NCBI RefSeq assembly: GCF_006345805.1 | Contig: NC_043004.1 | Location: 76,508,001 to 76,572,000, forward strand | From: Octopus sinensis | Taxonomy: Eukaryota | DNA length: 64,000 nt | Reading direction: 5' to 3' | Part shown: piece after piece, positions 38,581 to 52,671 of the stretch | How the letters are laid out: each line of letters starts with the position of its first letter | How positions within the stretch are numbered: position 1 is the first letter of the stretch | Translations under genes and position numbers: made by a program | Notes under the pieces: model-generated | What the model was told of the DNA's origin: nothing | Database searches by the model: none | The model's input: only the letters and a program-made list of their open reading frames with translations

Positions 38581-38699
38581 CTGCCTATGTATCTAGCACT
38601 TTTCAACCAAATACACCCCCCACACACACACACGTGGGCAAGTACCTATTTTCTTTAAACACCCAGAAAAAATAAAGGTACATAGGTATTGCCCATGGC

Positions 38700-39644
38700 T
38701 TACTCTTTTACTTGTTTCAGTCATTTGACTGTGGCCATGCTGGAGCACTGCCTTTTGTCGAGCAAATCGACTCCAGGACTTACGGGGACGTAAACACACC
38801 AGCAACGGTTGTCAAGCGATGTTGGGGGGACAAACACAGACACACAAACATATACACACACACATATATGTTCATATATACAATGGGCTTCTTTCAGTTT
38901 CCGTCTACCAAATCCACTCACAAGGCTTTGATGGGCCCGAGGCTACAGTAGAAGATACTTTCCATGTGGTTCGTAAGCAAGCTACTTACCACACAGCCAC
39001 TCCTATGCCTCAACTAAAAGCAAATAATGTCTTCTCAATGCCTTTAATGATAGCAGGATTTAGAAGAGAGATTCTCAACTGCAGCTCTCAGGGCCACAGG
39101 CAAACTGCAAGCATTCTCCCAACAGTCCATCAACAGTTTTCATCATCATCATCATTTAATGTCCATTGTCCATGCTGGCATTGGTTGGACGGTTTGACCA
39201 GAGCTGGCACCCTGGAAGGCTGCATCAGACGCCAATCTGATTTGGCATGGTTGCCCTTCTTAATGCTGGATGCCCTTCCTAATGCCAACCACTCTGAGAG
39301 TGTAATGGGCACTTGTACTTGCATGACACCAGTATCTGCCACGACTCTGGTTTTGCTCGGCTTGACGGGTCTTCTTTTCATGCACAATCTAAAGGAGCTC
39401 AGCCACTTTGCTTCCACGAGGCCCAATCCTCGAAAGGTGCTTTTTACACACTCTCTCTTTTATGACTATTTTACTTGTTTCATTCATTTAACTGTGGCCA
39501 TGCTGGAGCACCGCCTTTTGCCGAGCAAATCGACCCCAGGACTTTGTAAGCCTAGTACTTATTCTATCGATCTCTTTTGCCAAACTGTAAACACACCAGC
39601 ATTGGTTGTTAAGTGATGCTGGGGGTGGGAGACAGACACAAATG

Positions 39645-39708
<64 letters not shown>

Positions 39709-39850
39709 ATATGTATGTGTGTGTATACATACATATATTCTTTTGGTCGGCCTGAGGCTACAGTAGAAGACACTTACCCAAAGTGCCATGCAGTGGGACT
39801 GAACCCGGAACCTTGTGGTTCATAAGCAAGCTACTTACCATGCAGCCACT
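38700..39850 (-). mobile_element. Cluster of two SINE family A copies flanking an RTE 3' tail
   Basis: Homology to the in-window families. Confidence 0.8.
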
Positions 39851-40149
39851 CCTACACCTACATTATGAATATATTAAACTTTTCTTAAATGAACTTGTTT
39901 TATCTTTTTTGGTGCACCCCCTAAAAAAATCCAGGTTTTTGATCAGGCCAGAATATTAAAAAGTTTGAAAACTGCTGATTAAGAAGCTCTTTCAGTGGCA
40001 AGGCATTTGGTCAGCTTGAGGTTATAAGTAGGAGACATTTATCTCAGGTACCTTGCAGTGGGATTGAGCCTGAAACCACATGGCTGAAAAGTAAGCTTCT
40101 TAATCACACAGCCTTGCTTGTATCTTAAATATGAAATATTTCTTTGATA

Positions 40150-41280
<1,131 letters not shown>

Positions 41281-41479
41281 TTTCTTTGATAAATGCCAGC
41301 GGAATATAAATAATTTCTGTTGCAAATGTAGAATTCTATTTTGGAATATGTTCCTACAGAGTAACAATAAAAGAAGAAAGAATGGAAATGTATTTTATTT
41401 TCCTCATTAGCTCCATTAATAAAATCAACTCCATTAACAAAATAAAATTGAAGCAAAAATAAAAAGAAACAAAAAACAA

Positions 41480-42870
41480 ACCAAAACCCATTGAATATGT
41501 CAACCTTACTTAATGAATCTGATAAAATTTCATTATTGGAAACCAAACTTGGTATTTTTGATTTTGAAGTTAAATCTGACCTAATGTTGTTCCATAAATG
41601 GATTATAGAATTTGACTCTAAAATTTGTCTTTCAGTTACAAAAATATCCTTTTCTCTAAGGTTATGCAATTTTGAAGCTATTCCAGACCATTTTAGCTTT
41701 GTTTAGTCGACTGGGAGGCCTTTCTTCCATCTTTTGTCTAATTTCTAGGACATTTTGTGCAATTTTAAAGTGCTTACAGACCATTTCAATTTTCTTAATT
41801 TAATATTAGACACAGGAACACAATTTTGATTGCATAATGAAGAAAAAAGTTAACCATAAAAGAATTTGAATTAGAACTACTGTTAAAATAATTTCTGAAA
41901 TAGTTTTAGGTGAAGAAATGAAAAAAAAGTTAAACTTTAATAATCAACTTTATGAAAATTTCTGAAAAATTATTTTGACAGTTTTTAAGTAGAATTTAAA
42001 AAATAGTTTTTAATTAAAATAAAAAAAAAGAAGTTTTTGAAGAGATTTGTTGTGAAAGGTAGGAACAATGTGAGAAAGTACAATGTAAACTACAAAAGGA
42101 AAAGAAAAAGAAAACAAGAGAAAGCAAAGTTTCAGTTTTACTTTGTATTTCTATATTTTGGGGTTATAACCCCTTCTTCAGGATATTTGTTAAAAGCAAA
42201 GAATGGAAAAGTTGTTAACCAAATGTGGGGATGGTGGTGAAGGAGGAAGTTGGAGGAAGGAGGAAGGTGACACGCATGGACTGGTGTTGCTCTATTAACT
42301 AGTCTACTTCATGTAGTTCTTTCCTGTTGTTCTTGGCTGGTCTCAATTTTTCAATAAGGAGAGCCTCCATGATTCTGAGATTGCACCTATTGTAGTGAGT
42401 GGCCCAGATGGATGGCTTAAAATCCTGGGTCTTGCACGTCTTTAGGTATTTTTTTAAAAATTGAAGTGTCTGAGTGCATATGTACGTAAGTACCAGTTAT
42501 GCACTGGGGTCGATATAATCGCCTTAATCTGTTTGTCTGTCCTTGTTTGTCTCCTCTGTGTTTAGTCCCTTGTGGGTAGTAAAGAAATAGGTATTTCACC
42601 TGTCTTTATGTTCTGATTTCAAATTCTGTCAATGTGGGATTTGCCTTTCATCTTTTCGAGATCAATAACATAAGTACCAGTTGAGTACTGGGGTTGATGT
42701 AATTGACTTACCCCTCCCCGCCAAATTGCTGGCCTTGTGCCAAAATTTGAAACCAAATTGTTCAGAAAACCAGAATTCCGTGATGGCTGTGATTACTTTT
42801 GAATTTGTATTGTATTCAAAGATTAAGTTTGGAATTTTATTTACGATGTTTCTCAAAATGAAAAAGAATG
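41480..42870 (-). mobile_element. Ancient AT-rich CR1-like ORF2 remnant fragmented by later insertions
   Basis: RNIVNKIPNL...ITAITEFWFSE (endonuclease N-terminal motif, ~42760-42856) and HLWNNIRS...KIPSLVSNNEILSDSLSKVDIFN (pre-RT region, ~41490-41600). Confidence 0.5.
42140..42420 (-). mobile_element. Penelope-like element 3' fragment: GIY-YIG C-terminus followed by a degenerate minimal hammerhead
   Basis: CNLRIMEALLIEKLRPAKNNRKE...stop at ~42300; downstream CTGAAGA-A-GGGG-TTATAA-CCCC-AAAATATAG. Confidence 0.6.
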
Positions 42871-43450
42871 AATTTAAATCACACCATTCAATTGAAGATG
42901 TCGTTTAGAAATCCAAGTTTTCCAAACATGAATTAATAGAAGAGAAGCACCAATTCTTGTAGCACTGGCAACAAACAATCTTATCATTTCGAACGGCGAC
43001 TTCATTCTCGACCCCTGCTGTGATGTTTCCTCAGTTCTTCATAGAATATTTCTATATTTCATCACTCTGTCATTCAAGAGAAATCATATTTTTATAAACA
43101 GAAAATTTAAAACATGAATTTACAACATCCCAATCGTGACACATTCACAAAAATGCTTTACTTAAAAATTCAAATTGTTAGTTCAAATAATCCTCAGAAA
43201 AATATGTGTTTTTTTTTGTATTTTTTTTGTAGGAGGTATATGTTGTGCTTGAAGGTACATGCCTCAGTGGTAAGGTGTTGCACTCATGATTTCAAGATTA
43301 TGATTTCAGTTCTTGGGGAAGGCATTTCATTTCACATCACTTCAGTCCACTCAGCTGCAAATAGATAACCCTGTAATACACTGGTGTCCTGTTCAGGGAG
43401 AATCTTGTGATCTCAGTCAATTACACACCATAGAAATTAAGTAACTGACG

Positions 43451-43589
43451 CTTTGAGTCCTAGAACTTGAGTCAGTCTAGAACTGACCTTTCAGTCCTAG
43501 AACTCGAGTCAGTCTAGAACTGACCCTTTGAGTCTTAGAACTTGAATCAGTCTAGAACTGACCCTTTGAGTCCTAGAACTTGAGTCAGT
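43451..43589. repeat. 38-bp minisatellite, ~3.7 copies
   Basis: ctttgagtcctagaacttgagtcagtctagaactgacc at 43451, ~43489, 43526 and 43564. Confidence 0.9.
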
Positions 43590-43724
43590 GCTCAATACTG
43601 TACATTGTGATGGACAGCCATCATAAAAAATTTTAGCAAAAGCTTAGGTTAATTTTAAGGCCCTTTGGTTCAAGGTTTTGCTTCCACGCTTGGAATTTCT
43701 TCTCTAGTTCTACTACATATTCAA

Positions 43725-44040
43725 TTATAAAAGCAAGATCACCAGCAGAGAGGAGTTTCTATGGATGACTGGTTTTAATTTCAATGTTCTGAACTGGAGG
43801 AGATTGGATGAGTTCAAGGCAATTACGAGCCAAGCTTTGGGGACTGACACCTCTACATTAAATTCATTGTGATATTCGTTGCTAATCCTCACCTCACTGA
43901 CAGAACCTCTATACGAGTCTTGCATGTCTCTCACAAGCCATTTATCTACCTCTAGCTTCCTCAGGGACCACAAGATCACAAAAGAAGTGACCCTGTCAAA
44001 GGATTTCTCCAGGGCAAAAAAAGCCAGGAACAAAGTTTTC
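43725..44040 (-). mobile_element. Degenerate RTE reverse-transcriptase fragment
   Basis: LFLAFFALEKSFDRV...LWSLRKL.V..WLVR...EFNVEV. Confidence 0.75.
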
Positions 44041-44966
44041 ACCATCATTATCATTTCCTGCTATCTCCTCCTGTCACAGTGTGTGCACCAATATGAGATA
44101 ATTATCTCCATAGTATGATTTTACATTACTGGGCATACTCCATGTTAGTTTCATCAGCCATACACTTCTGTGCTGGCTTAAGAAATACTGGAAGGAGGTA
44201 TCAGTTTTAGAGTTTTTCTTCTCTTAGATTGATTGCTTCACCTCTATGAAGGAGCTCAATGTACCTTTTTCAAAAATCTATTCAACCCATAAATAGGATC
44301 CAGATAGGTACTACCATTCTGGGTCAGAAAAGACCTGGGAGTAATGGTAATTAACGGTAGCTAAGGGATAACACCACACTCTCCACAACCCCAGAACTCC
44401 CAAACAGGCACCTCACCACCAGATGCAGAAGCCTTTCATTGACTCATAGCATCTTCAGAGACCCCTAGATCATAGAGAAAGTAATCCTGTCAAAGGCTTT
44501 CTCATGGGCAAAGAAAGACAGGTACAATGGTTTACTTTTAGCTAATACTTCTCCAGCGGTTACCTTATTAAGAAGAGACCACCAACAATACTTCTCCCAG
44601 GTATAAAATCATAATACATCTCCTCTACAGTAACACTTCCTAATACGTTATGTGTGTTTATAAATTTAAATAAAATGTAGCCAGGCTTTGAAACCAAATC
44701 CCTGGATATACAGTTAGACATCATGAGCAAACCAGCATAGTTTTACGCAATTGGTCTACTAACTGACCAATCGGCATGAAGAAGCAATGGTATGGATAGG
44801 TATTCTTGGACATTCTAGAACTTGAATTCTGGTCCCCTATAAATACCATTTGGCACACATTTTTACCAACCAGACAACCCAGGAAGGCAGCTAAGACAGA
44901 TAGTGCAGATAGATGACAGGAACCTCCATTGCCACAGATATAGCACAACTGTTTCCAGTTATAATA

Positions 44967-45891
44967 CAGTTCTATATTTAAGAGATGAGGAATTATGTAC
45001 ATTATTTACATTATTTACATTTGATGGATATTTGTCCTCATCTTGTTTGTTGTTAACATAATGTTTCAACTGATATACCCTCCAGCCTTCATCAGGTGTC
45101 TTGGGGAAATTTCAAACCTAGGTTCTCATTCCTAAGGTATTTTTCGTACTGAGGAGCGCTGCCTGTTTGAGATAAACTCTACCGGCATGGAAGTGCTGTC
45201 AGCTGGACCTGCCCGAGGTGCGCTCAGGACGGCAAAACCATTCTGCACGCACTCGTCCAGTGCTCGAGTATTGCTGACCTGTGGGTTTATGTCGAACAGC
45301 AACTGTCTCGTATAGGATGGATCCGACTATCAGTTGAATCCATAGTGAAGATTGCCTCGCCGACCTTTAACCGGGAGGGCAAGGCAATTTTCCTTTGTCT
45401 AGTGGCTGTAGTGAAAGAAGTAGTATGGTGGACTCGTTTGAAAGGACTAAAATCAGACACCTTCCTCTTTGGCCAAGGCCTCATCAACTTTTTCAAGTTC
45501 CACTTGAAAAGGAAGGTGAGAGTAGAGAGGGAAGTGTTGTCTCGTAGCAAATTTATTGAAAGGTGGGTGAATATCGGGAAAATGGCCAGTATGAATGGAC
45601 CAATTCTGAGGTTACACCTGTGAAAAAAAAAAAGTAAGTATAAAAGGAGAAAGGGGCTCTCTACCCCTTTTTGACCAGGCTCCCGTGGTTTTTATGGGTT
45701 TTTCCATGAGTAACCTTTCGAAGCGCCTCCCCCTATTGGGAGTTTTACTTGTTATATATATTTTCGTTGTTATTCTGAATGTTTACACGGACCTTTCTAT
45801 CGGACAAAACCCTTTGTACTTTTCGTCCTGTATTTGTCCTTACATGTTTCTTTGATTTTTGTTAGCCCTTGTGGCCAATAAACCAGAATTA

Positions 45892-45935
<44 letters not shown>

Positions 45936-45939
45936 GATC

Positions 45940-45970
<31 letters not shown>

Positions 45971-46040
45971 TTACTGCCTGAAACTGAACTTGGAATCTTG
46001 GAGTTAGTAGCTTGTGCTCTTAACCACTATGCCATATGCC
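44967..46040 (-). mobile_element. tRNA-headed, hammerhead-containing SINE-like element (copy 1), interrupted in its (AAT)n linker
   Basis: Head 45967-46040 (A box tggcatagtgg), (AAT)n, then body 44967-45145 with a hammerhead at 45055-45100. Confidence 0.8.
45146..45890 (+). mobile_element. L1/Tx1-type LINE 3' end, nested in the hammerhead element
   Basis: LPV*DKLYRHG...TCPRCAQDGKTILHALVQC (CCHC knuckle) ...AVVKEVVWWTR...IERW, stop 45623; 3' UTR with aataaa running into (ATT)n. Confidence 0.85.
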
Positions 46041-46269
46041 TGTGTTTCTAGTTATGTTGGGCAAGCTGCAGGTTGCCATACCAATAGCTTTGCCATAAAC
46101 TCTAAGCAGCATCTCTCACCCAGGATCTAATTATTGCTGTTGTAATCTGTAAAAGGCCCACACAATTTGCCTTTAAGTGTGATGATAACATCTTCTGTTA
46201 AATATTTCTGGGTGTTGTTCAGTTACTTCTTCACAAAGCCCAAGGAACACAATATCATTCAATTCAACA

Positions 46270-46515
46270 AGTCACCTACTATTTCTTTACTGCCCAAAAG
46301 GGGCCAAACATAGAGTGGACAAACAAGGACAGACAAAGGGATTAAGTCGATTACATCGATTCCAGTGCGTAACTGGTACTTCATTTATCGACCCCGAAAG
46401 GATGAAAGGTAAAGTCGACCTCTGTGGAATTTGAACTCACAATGTAACGGCAGACGAAATACCGCTAGGCATTTCGCTCGGCGTGCTAACGATTCTGCCA
46501 GCTTGCCGCCTTCTT
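46270..46515 (-). mobile_element. SINE family B
   Basis: Homology to the 59447-59675 copy. Confidence 0.85.
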
Positions 46516-47810
46516 AAAAGCATAGCCAACTTCTGTCCTCAACAAGTCACCACCATCACCACCACTAGACCAGACCAGACCAACAACCTGTGTGCCATGA
46601 CAACAAGTTTGTATGAAGAGTACATATATGTGTATATGTACATGCAACCTCATCTAAGGTTTAACATATGTTTCTTTGCTTTGCTGGTATGTTTATCTAT
46701 GCGTGAATCCATGTATGCATGAGTGAATGTGTGTGTGTGTTTGTGTGTGTGTGCATGGAAAAGTAAGGAAGGGTGTGAAATTAGCTGTGAAGAGTCATGT
46801 TATCATATTCAATTCTCACCACCATTGTTTAAAACAACAACCACAAAAAAAAAAAGAAAAAAAACATACCAGTGTGACTTAGTCACCAATTCTTGATATT
46901 TTTTGATGAATATAAACAAATTAAAATTGATCTTATGCTTTTGTTAGCTGGATATTTCTGAAATGAGATCATTTCAGGTAAAAGAGACCTCCTACCTTCA
47001 CCCCACCACCCACTCTCTCTCTCTCTCTCATTCAATGCACACCTGTTGCATTTCTGCAAGGAATGTTGCAGGTAAAAACTGAAACTTCTATGTTAAAGAT
47101 ATAAGTCAAAATAAATAAATATATAAATAAATAAATGAATGAAAAAAACACATAAAAAAAATAGAGGAAGAAGAGGAGAATTATTGATTGCTTTAGATTC
47201 TAAAGTTTTCTCTAAGACTCAGAGAATTTAGGCCAACATCTACTTAGATGTTTACATAATATCTGGCGCCTATTTGTCATACAAACCAACTGAGATCCTT
47301 TGTGTGGCTGATCAACATGCTAGAAATAACTGCCAAATGCTTTTCATGTCTCATTCTGCTGTTGCTGCTTTGTATGGGCAATTTACTCAATATTTTTGGT
47401 GTTCCAACAGCGTTTCTGTGTTCGAACAAAATTATCATCAGATTGTATTGTATAATACACATTTCGACGCTTTCAAAAAAACAAAAAACAATGTTAGTTT
47501 GTTTATATTTATTTATATATGTGCGTGTGTGGGTGTATGTATGTATGTACACACACACACACATATATATATATTAAATGTTACTTTATAGAATTATGAG
47601 TATAATTATAATTAGGGTTCAGCCAAAAAATTTGCTTCGCCACATACAGAACTTTTAGAAATAGCAGCCAAAGAACTTAGCCATTTCTTCTACCATAAGA
47701 AGAATCTCCCAGATAATGTATACTCAAAAACAATTCACGTAGGCATCGAGGGAAAAATAATGAAAGCTCAGCCAGCATTTGATTTACTTGTGGACTCTTT
47801 ATCATTACTG

Positions 47811-47845
<35 letters not shown>

Positions 47846-47859
47846 GTAAATGTGCCCTT

Positions 47860-48095
47860 TTTTTAAAGCCTAGCCAGGCTCATGGGCCCAGTTTCCTGGT
47901 TTCTATAGAGTATGAGTTCCCTAGCTGGACGGGATGCCAGTCCATCGCAGCGTTACTTATTTTTGCCAGCTGAGTGGACTGGAGCAACGTGAAATGAAGT
48001 GTTTTGATCAAGATCACAATGCGTCGCCCGGTCCAGGAATCGAAACCACAATCTTACAATTATGATGCTGACACCCTAACCACTAAGCCACACGC
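47860..48095 (-). mobile_element. SINE family D
   Basis: Minus-strand head gtggcttagtggttagggtgtc...gtttcgattcc; homologous to 4565-4800. Confidence 0.8.
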
Positions 48096-48349
48096 TGTAT
48101 GTACACTGCTATATATATATAATAAAATAAAATACAAAATGGGACAAGAACGCAAAACACCTGGATGACTAGGTGATACAAAAAGGGACAACAAAACATC
48201 CAGATAGACAATACAAAAAAACACAGACGGGTCATTCGAAGCCTTTTATCTACAGTCAAGAATCGGATCATCCTTGCAATTTCGGCTGTGAGGATGATCC
48301 GGTGCAATCCTATGGTCATTCATGACCGAAGGGGGTGTCTTTATCCTTT

Positions 48350-48650
48350 ATCCTTGACATGTAAAAAGCACTATCCAAATGTGGTTGATGGCAGTGCCCC
48401 CTGACTGGCTCCCCTGCTGGTGACACCTAAAAAACATGATCCAAATGTGGTCGAAGCCAGTACCCCCAATTGGCTCCCATGCTGGAGGCATGTAAAAAGC
48501 ATCCACTACACCCTCAGAGTGGCTGGCATTAGGAAGGGCATCCAGCTGTAGAAACCTTATCGGATCAGATATCAGATTGGAGCCTGGTGCAGCCTACTGG
48601 CTTGCCATTCCTCAGTCAAACCGTCCAACCCATGCCAGCATGGACGTTAA
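48350..48650 (+). mobile_element. RTE 3' tail with three motif copies at 65-66-bp spacing
   Basis: catgtaaaaagca-like motifs at ~48356, 48422 and 48487, followed by the family tail. Confidence 0.8.
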
Positions 48651-49558
48651 ACAAACAAACAATATCATTATCATCCCATCATCATTTAATGCAGCCATGA
48701 GTTGGACAGTTTGGCAGAAGCTGGTAAGTGAGAAGATCAGGCTAAGTTCCATCTGCTTTGGCATAGTTTCTATGGCTGGGTGCCCTTTGTAATGCCAACA
48801 CACACATATATATCTTACCATCTCATAAACCCCCATTGTTATTCTCTTCTTCCACTCCAAAGTATAGTTGGGGTATTTTCTCTCTAAATTCATTTTGCTA
48901 CAATATTAACAGCATGTAATTCTTGCATTCTCTAGTTTTGATGAAATATTTGCTAAAAATTATGGAGTATCCTGTATGTTGAAAACCTATATTATGCAGT
49001 GTATTTCAAATTGATGTAATGCTTACATTGTTTGATTAAATGGAATCGCTTGAAATGGCCATAATGCACTAGTACCTCGACATCCTAGTTTGTTACTTAT
49101 TTGCTTATATATATTATATATATATATATATATATATGCATCCCTAGTGTAGGGTCAATGAACAACTATCTAGCAACAGTATGCGCCCTCAGAAATCCCA
49201 GGTTGGTGTCTGGCATGCTGGAAAACCACTGGCAATGAGGCACACCTAGGCTTTTGCTAAAGCATTTCTCTAAGAGGAGGTCATTTTAATATGAAACTAG
49301 ATGAGCAGGAGAAAGCATTGAACATTTTGGGGATCCTTTGATTGCACATGAGATCATGGTGCTCCCACATTTCTGAGCCTGAAAGCCATATTGGTACAGG
49401 ATAACTTGGTCCTAGTTTGTCTCTGGTGGAGAGGATCTATGAGGTGCTGTAAAACCAACATTTTGTGCTGTGCAAGACCCAGTTGAGTAGGAGGGTGCCA
49501 TAGGAAGCACGGAAGCTGTGGATGCAAACCCATGTGAAGCTGACTGGTGGTGTAATAT

Positions 49559-49589
<31 letters not shown>

Positions 49590-50529
49590 AACAATTGCAG
49601 CATGGAAGATGTTTATAAGCCATTTAAGAAACACACAAAATCCATTAGATTCACTTCTACATTTCAATTTAATTTGTCAAAATATTTTTGTCGCTTTGAG
49701 ACCACGACCTGTTCACTGACAAAATTCCGTGCAGTATGGAATTTTGGCAGTGAACAGGTCGTGGTCTCAGATCAGATCACTTGCTATGCAAGAACATCTC
49801 CGTAATATATATATATATATACACACACACACATACACCAAACTCTTGGCTTTTGAGTCACTCTGAACTTCCGCCGATTATTAATGATAAGAATACATAC
49901 ATATATGTGGTGTGTGTGTGTGTGTGTGTGTATACTTATATTTTGTCTGTGTGTTTGTGTATGCAAATACGAATGTTTCAACAACATTCCAACTTGTTAG
50001 GTTGGTTTGTTGCATTTAAACCATGAAAGTTATGGCATGCGTCTTGGCTTAGTGGGGGGGGGGTGTTGGTGGTGTCGAGGTGGTGGGGGGCATTAGGGTA
50101 TTCATAGGTAGCTTGTGAGATCCTGTAGGTAGAAGAAAGAAACTATTGTTCTGTGATTTCCTGTTTTTCTGTTGTTTGGTGGGTTTGCAAAGCTTTGTGT
50201 CTTTGTGTGCATGTTTGTATGTATATATGACTACATATACGTATATATATATATATATATGTATGTATATATATGTATATATGCATACATATATGTGTGT
50301 GTGTGTAAGTATATATGTATGTGTGTGTGCATGTATGTATATATATTTACATCTATAGAATGGACGGTTTTCTTTCAAACATATTGGAGAAACATGATTT
50401 CATATATAGCATCACACACACATGATCATCATTATCATCATTTAACATTCATTTTCCATGCTTGCATGGGTTGGACAAATATACATAATTTTTCTCTTTT
50501 ATCATTTAACATCCAGGCAAGTAGAATGT

Positions 50530-51000
50530 AAAAAACATTTGTGTGTGGCCGATGCCAGTGCCGCCTGACTGGCACATGTTCTGGTGGAATGTAAAAAGCA
50601 CCCACTACACTCATGGAGAGGTTGGCATTAGGAAGGGCTTCCTACTGCAGAAACCATGCCAACTGGAACCTGGTGCAGCCTCCTGGATTGCCAGTCCTCA
50701 GTCAAACCATCCAACCCATGCCAGCATGGAAAGCAGATGTTAAACGATGATGATGATGATGATTATGTTCCATGCTGGATTGGTTTGGCTTGACTGCCTC
50801 GTGTGCCAGTGGCACGTAAAAAGCACTCACTACATGCTCAGAGTGGTTGGCATTAGGAAAGGCATCCAGTTGTAGAAACATTGCCAGATCAGATTGGAGC
50901 CTGGTGCAGCCGCTGGCTCTCCAGACCTCAGTCAAACCGTCCAACCCATGCCAGCACAGAAAACGGAGATTAAAAGATGACGACAACGACGACGATGATG
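50530..51000 (+). mobile_element. Two consecutive RTE 3' tails
   Basis: Family tail twice, each ending in (TGA/CGA)n. Confidence 0.85.
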
Positions 51001-51224
51001 ATGACTATATGTATGGTTGGTTCTCACATATGTAATGAGGTAAAGCGAACTTTGTTGACCTTTGACAGCAGTCAGTGATCCTTTGGAGACCCAACAGGCA
51101 ACTGGCTGAAACTGGGGACAAAGTAAATAAGTCTTCATACATATGCATGTGAGTGTGTGTAGGCTTGGCTGTGTGGTTAAGGAGCTCGCTTGGCAAACAC
51201 ATGGTTTTGGGTTCCGTCCCATTT

Positions 51225-51660
51225 CATCTATGTATGTACGTATGTGTATGTATGTACGTACGTATGTATGTATGTACGTACATATGTATGTATGTATGTA
51301 TGTGTATGTATGTATATGTATGTATGATATGTGTCTGTCTGTCTGTCTGTCTGTATGTATGTATGTATGTGTGTATGTATGTGTGTATGTATGTGTATGT
51401 ACATATGTATATGTGTCTGTCTGTCTGTCTGTCTGTATGCATGTGTGTATGTATGTATGTATGTATGTATGTATGTATGTGTATGTATGTATATGTATGT
51501 ATGATATGTGTCTGTCTGTCTGTATGTATGTATATACGTATGTATGTATGTATGTATGTATGCATGTATGTATGTATGTTTGTATGTATGTATGTGTGTA
51601 TGTATGTGTATGTACGTATGTATGATATGTATCTGTCTGTCTGTCTGTCTGTATGTATGT
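51225..51660. repeat. Compound (TATG)n/(TCTG)n microsatellite
   Basis: Direct inspection. Confidence 0.9.
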
Positions 51661-51690
51661 ATTCTTTCCCTCTTTTACTTGTTTCAGTAA

Positions 51691-51826
51691 CACCAAAGAT
51701 GAATTGAAGGCAAGGATTATGGCAGCATTCGCCAACTTAAACAAGGAGACTGTCCAGAAGAGTTGCAGGAGATTCTGAAGTTGTCTGGAGGCCGTGGTTG
51801 AAACCAATGGAGATTTTATTGAATAA
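51691..51826 (+). mobile_element. Tc1-like transposase C-terminal fragment
   Basis: TKDELKARIMAAFANLNKETVQKSCRRF*SCLEAVVETNGDFIE*. Confidence 0.7.
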
Positions 51827-52060
51827 ATTTACTCTTTGTTCCTCTTTTACTCTTTACTCTTTTATTTGTTTTAGTCATTTGACTGTGGCTATGCTTGAAG
51901 ACCACCTTTAGTCGAGCAAATTGCCCCCAGAGCTTATTGTTTGTGAGCCTAGTACTTATTCTATCGGTGTCTTTTGACGAACTACTAAGTTAGAAGGACG
52001 TAAACACACCAGCATCGGTTGTCAAGCGATGTTGGGAGGACAAACACAGACACACAAACA

Positions 52061-52096
<36 letters not shown>

Positions 52097-52671
52097 TATG
52101 ACGGGCTTTTATTTCAGTTTGTCTCCCCACCATCTCTTGACAACCAACGTTGGTTTGTTTATGTCCTTGAAACTTAACAGTTTGGCAAAAGAGACTGGTA
52201 GAATAAGTACTAGGCTTACAAAGAATAAGTCCTGGGTTTGATTTGTTTGACTAAAGGCAGTGCTCCAGCATGGCTGCAGTGAAATGACTGAAACATGTAA
52301 AAGAATAAAAGAGTAAAAGAGATACGATGTGATGTGTGTATATGTGATGTGCGTGTGTGTAAGCATGTAAGTATAGTGAAACCAGAGTTGTTATTATAAA
52401 ACAATATATAATCTACATATTGTTTTTTGGCTCCAGTTTGGCCTTGACTGAGCAGACATGTGATCAAAAGCATTCTAGTTCCCAACAATGTTATTCTTTT
52501 TATTTACTAAGCATTGTTCACCTTGAGCTAGATTAATCTGTGTGCTTTTCCTCTAATTTAAGTAGTAAGGTGTGACGTGAAGAAAATTTAGTTTTTCTCA
52601 TAAGTTGATAGACAACAATGATGATTTTTGGTTTGTTTGATAAGAGGCCCATAAGATGTAGAATTCCAATA

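Noticed and set aside
47404-47445. Hammerhead-like CTGATGA...TGTTCGAACA..GAAACGCTGTT on the minus strand
   Set aside because: Stem II is not closed next to the core and stem I does not pair. Possibly decayed, but unsupported.
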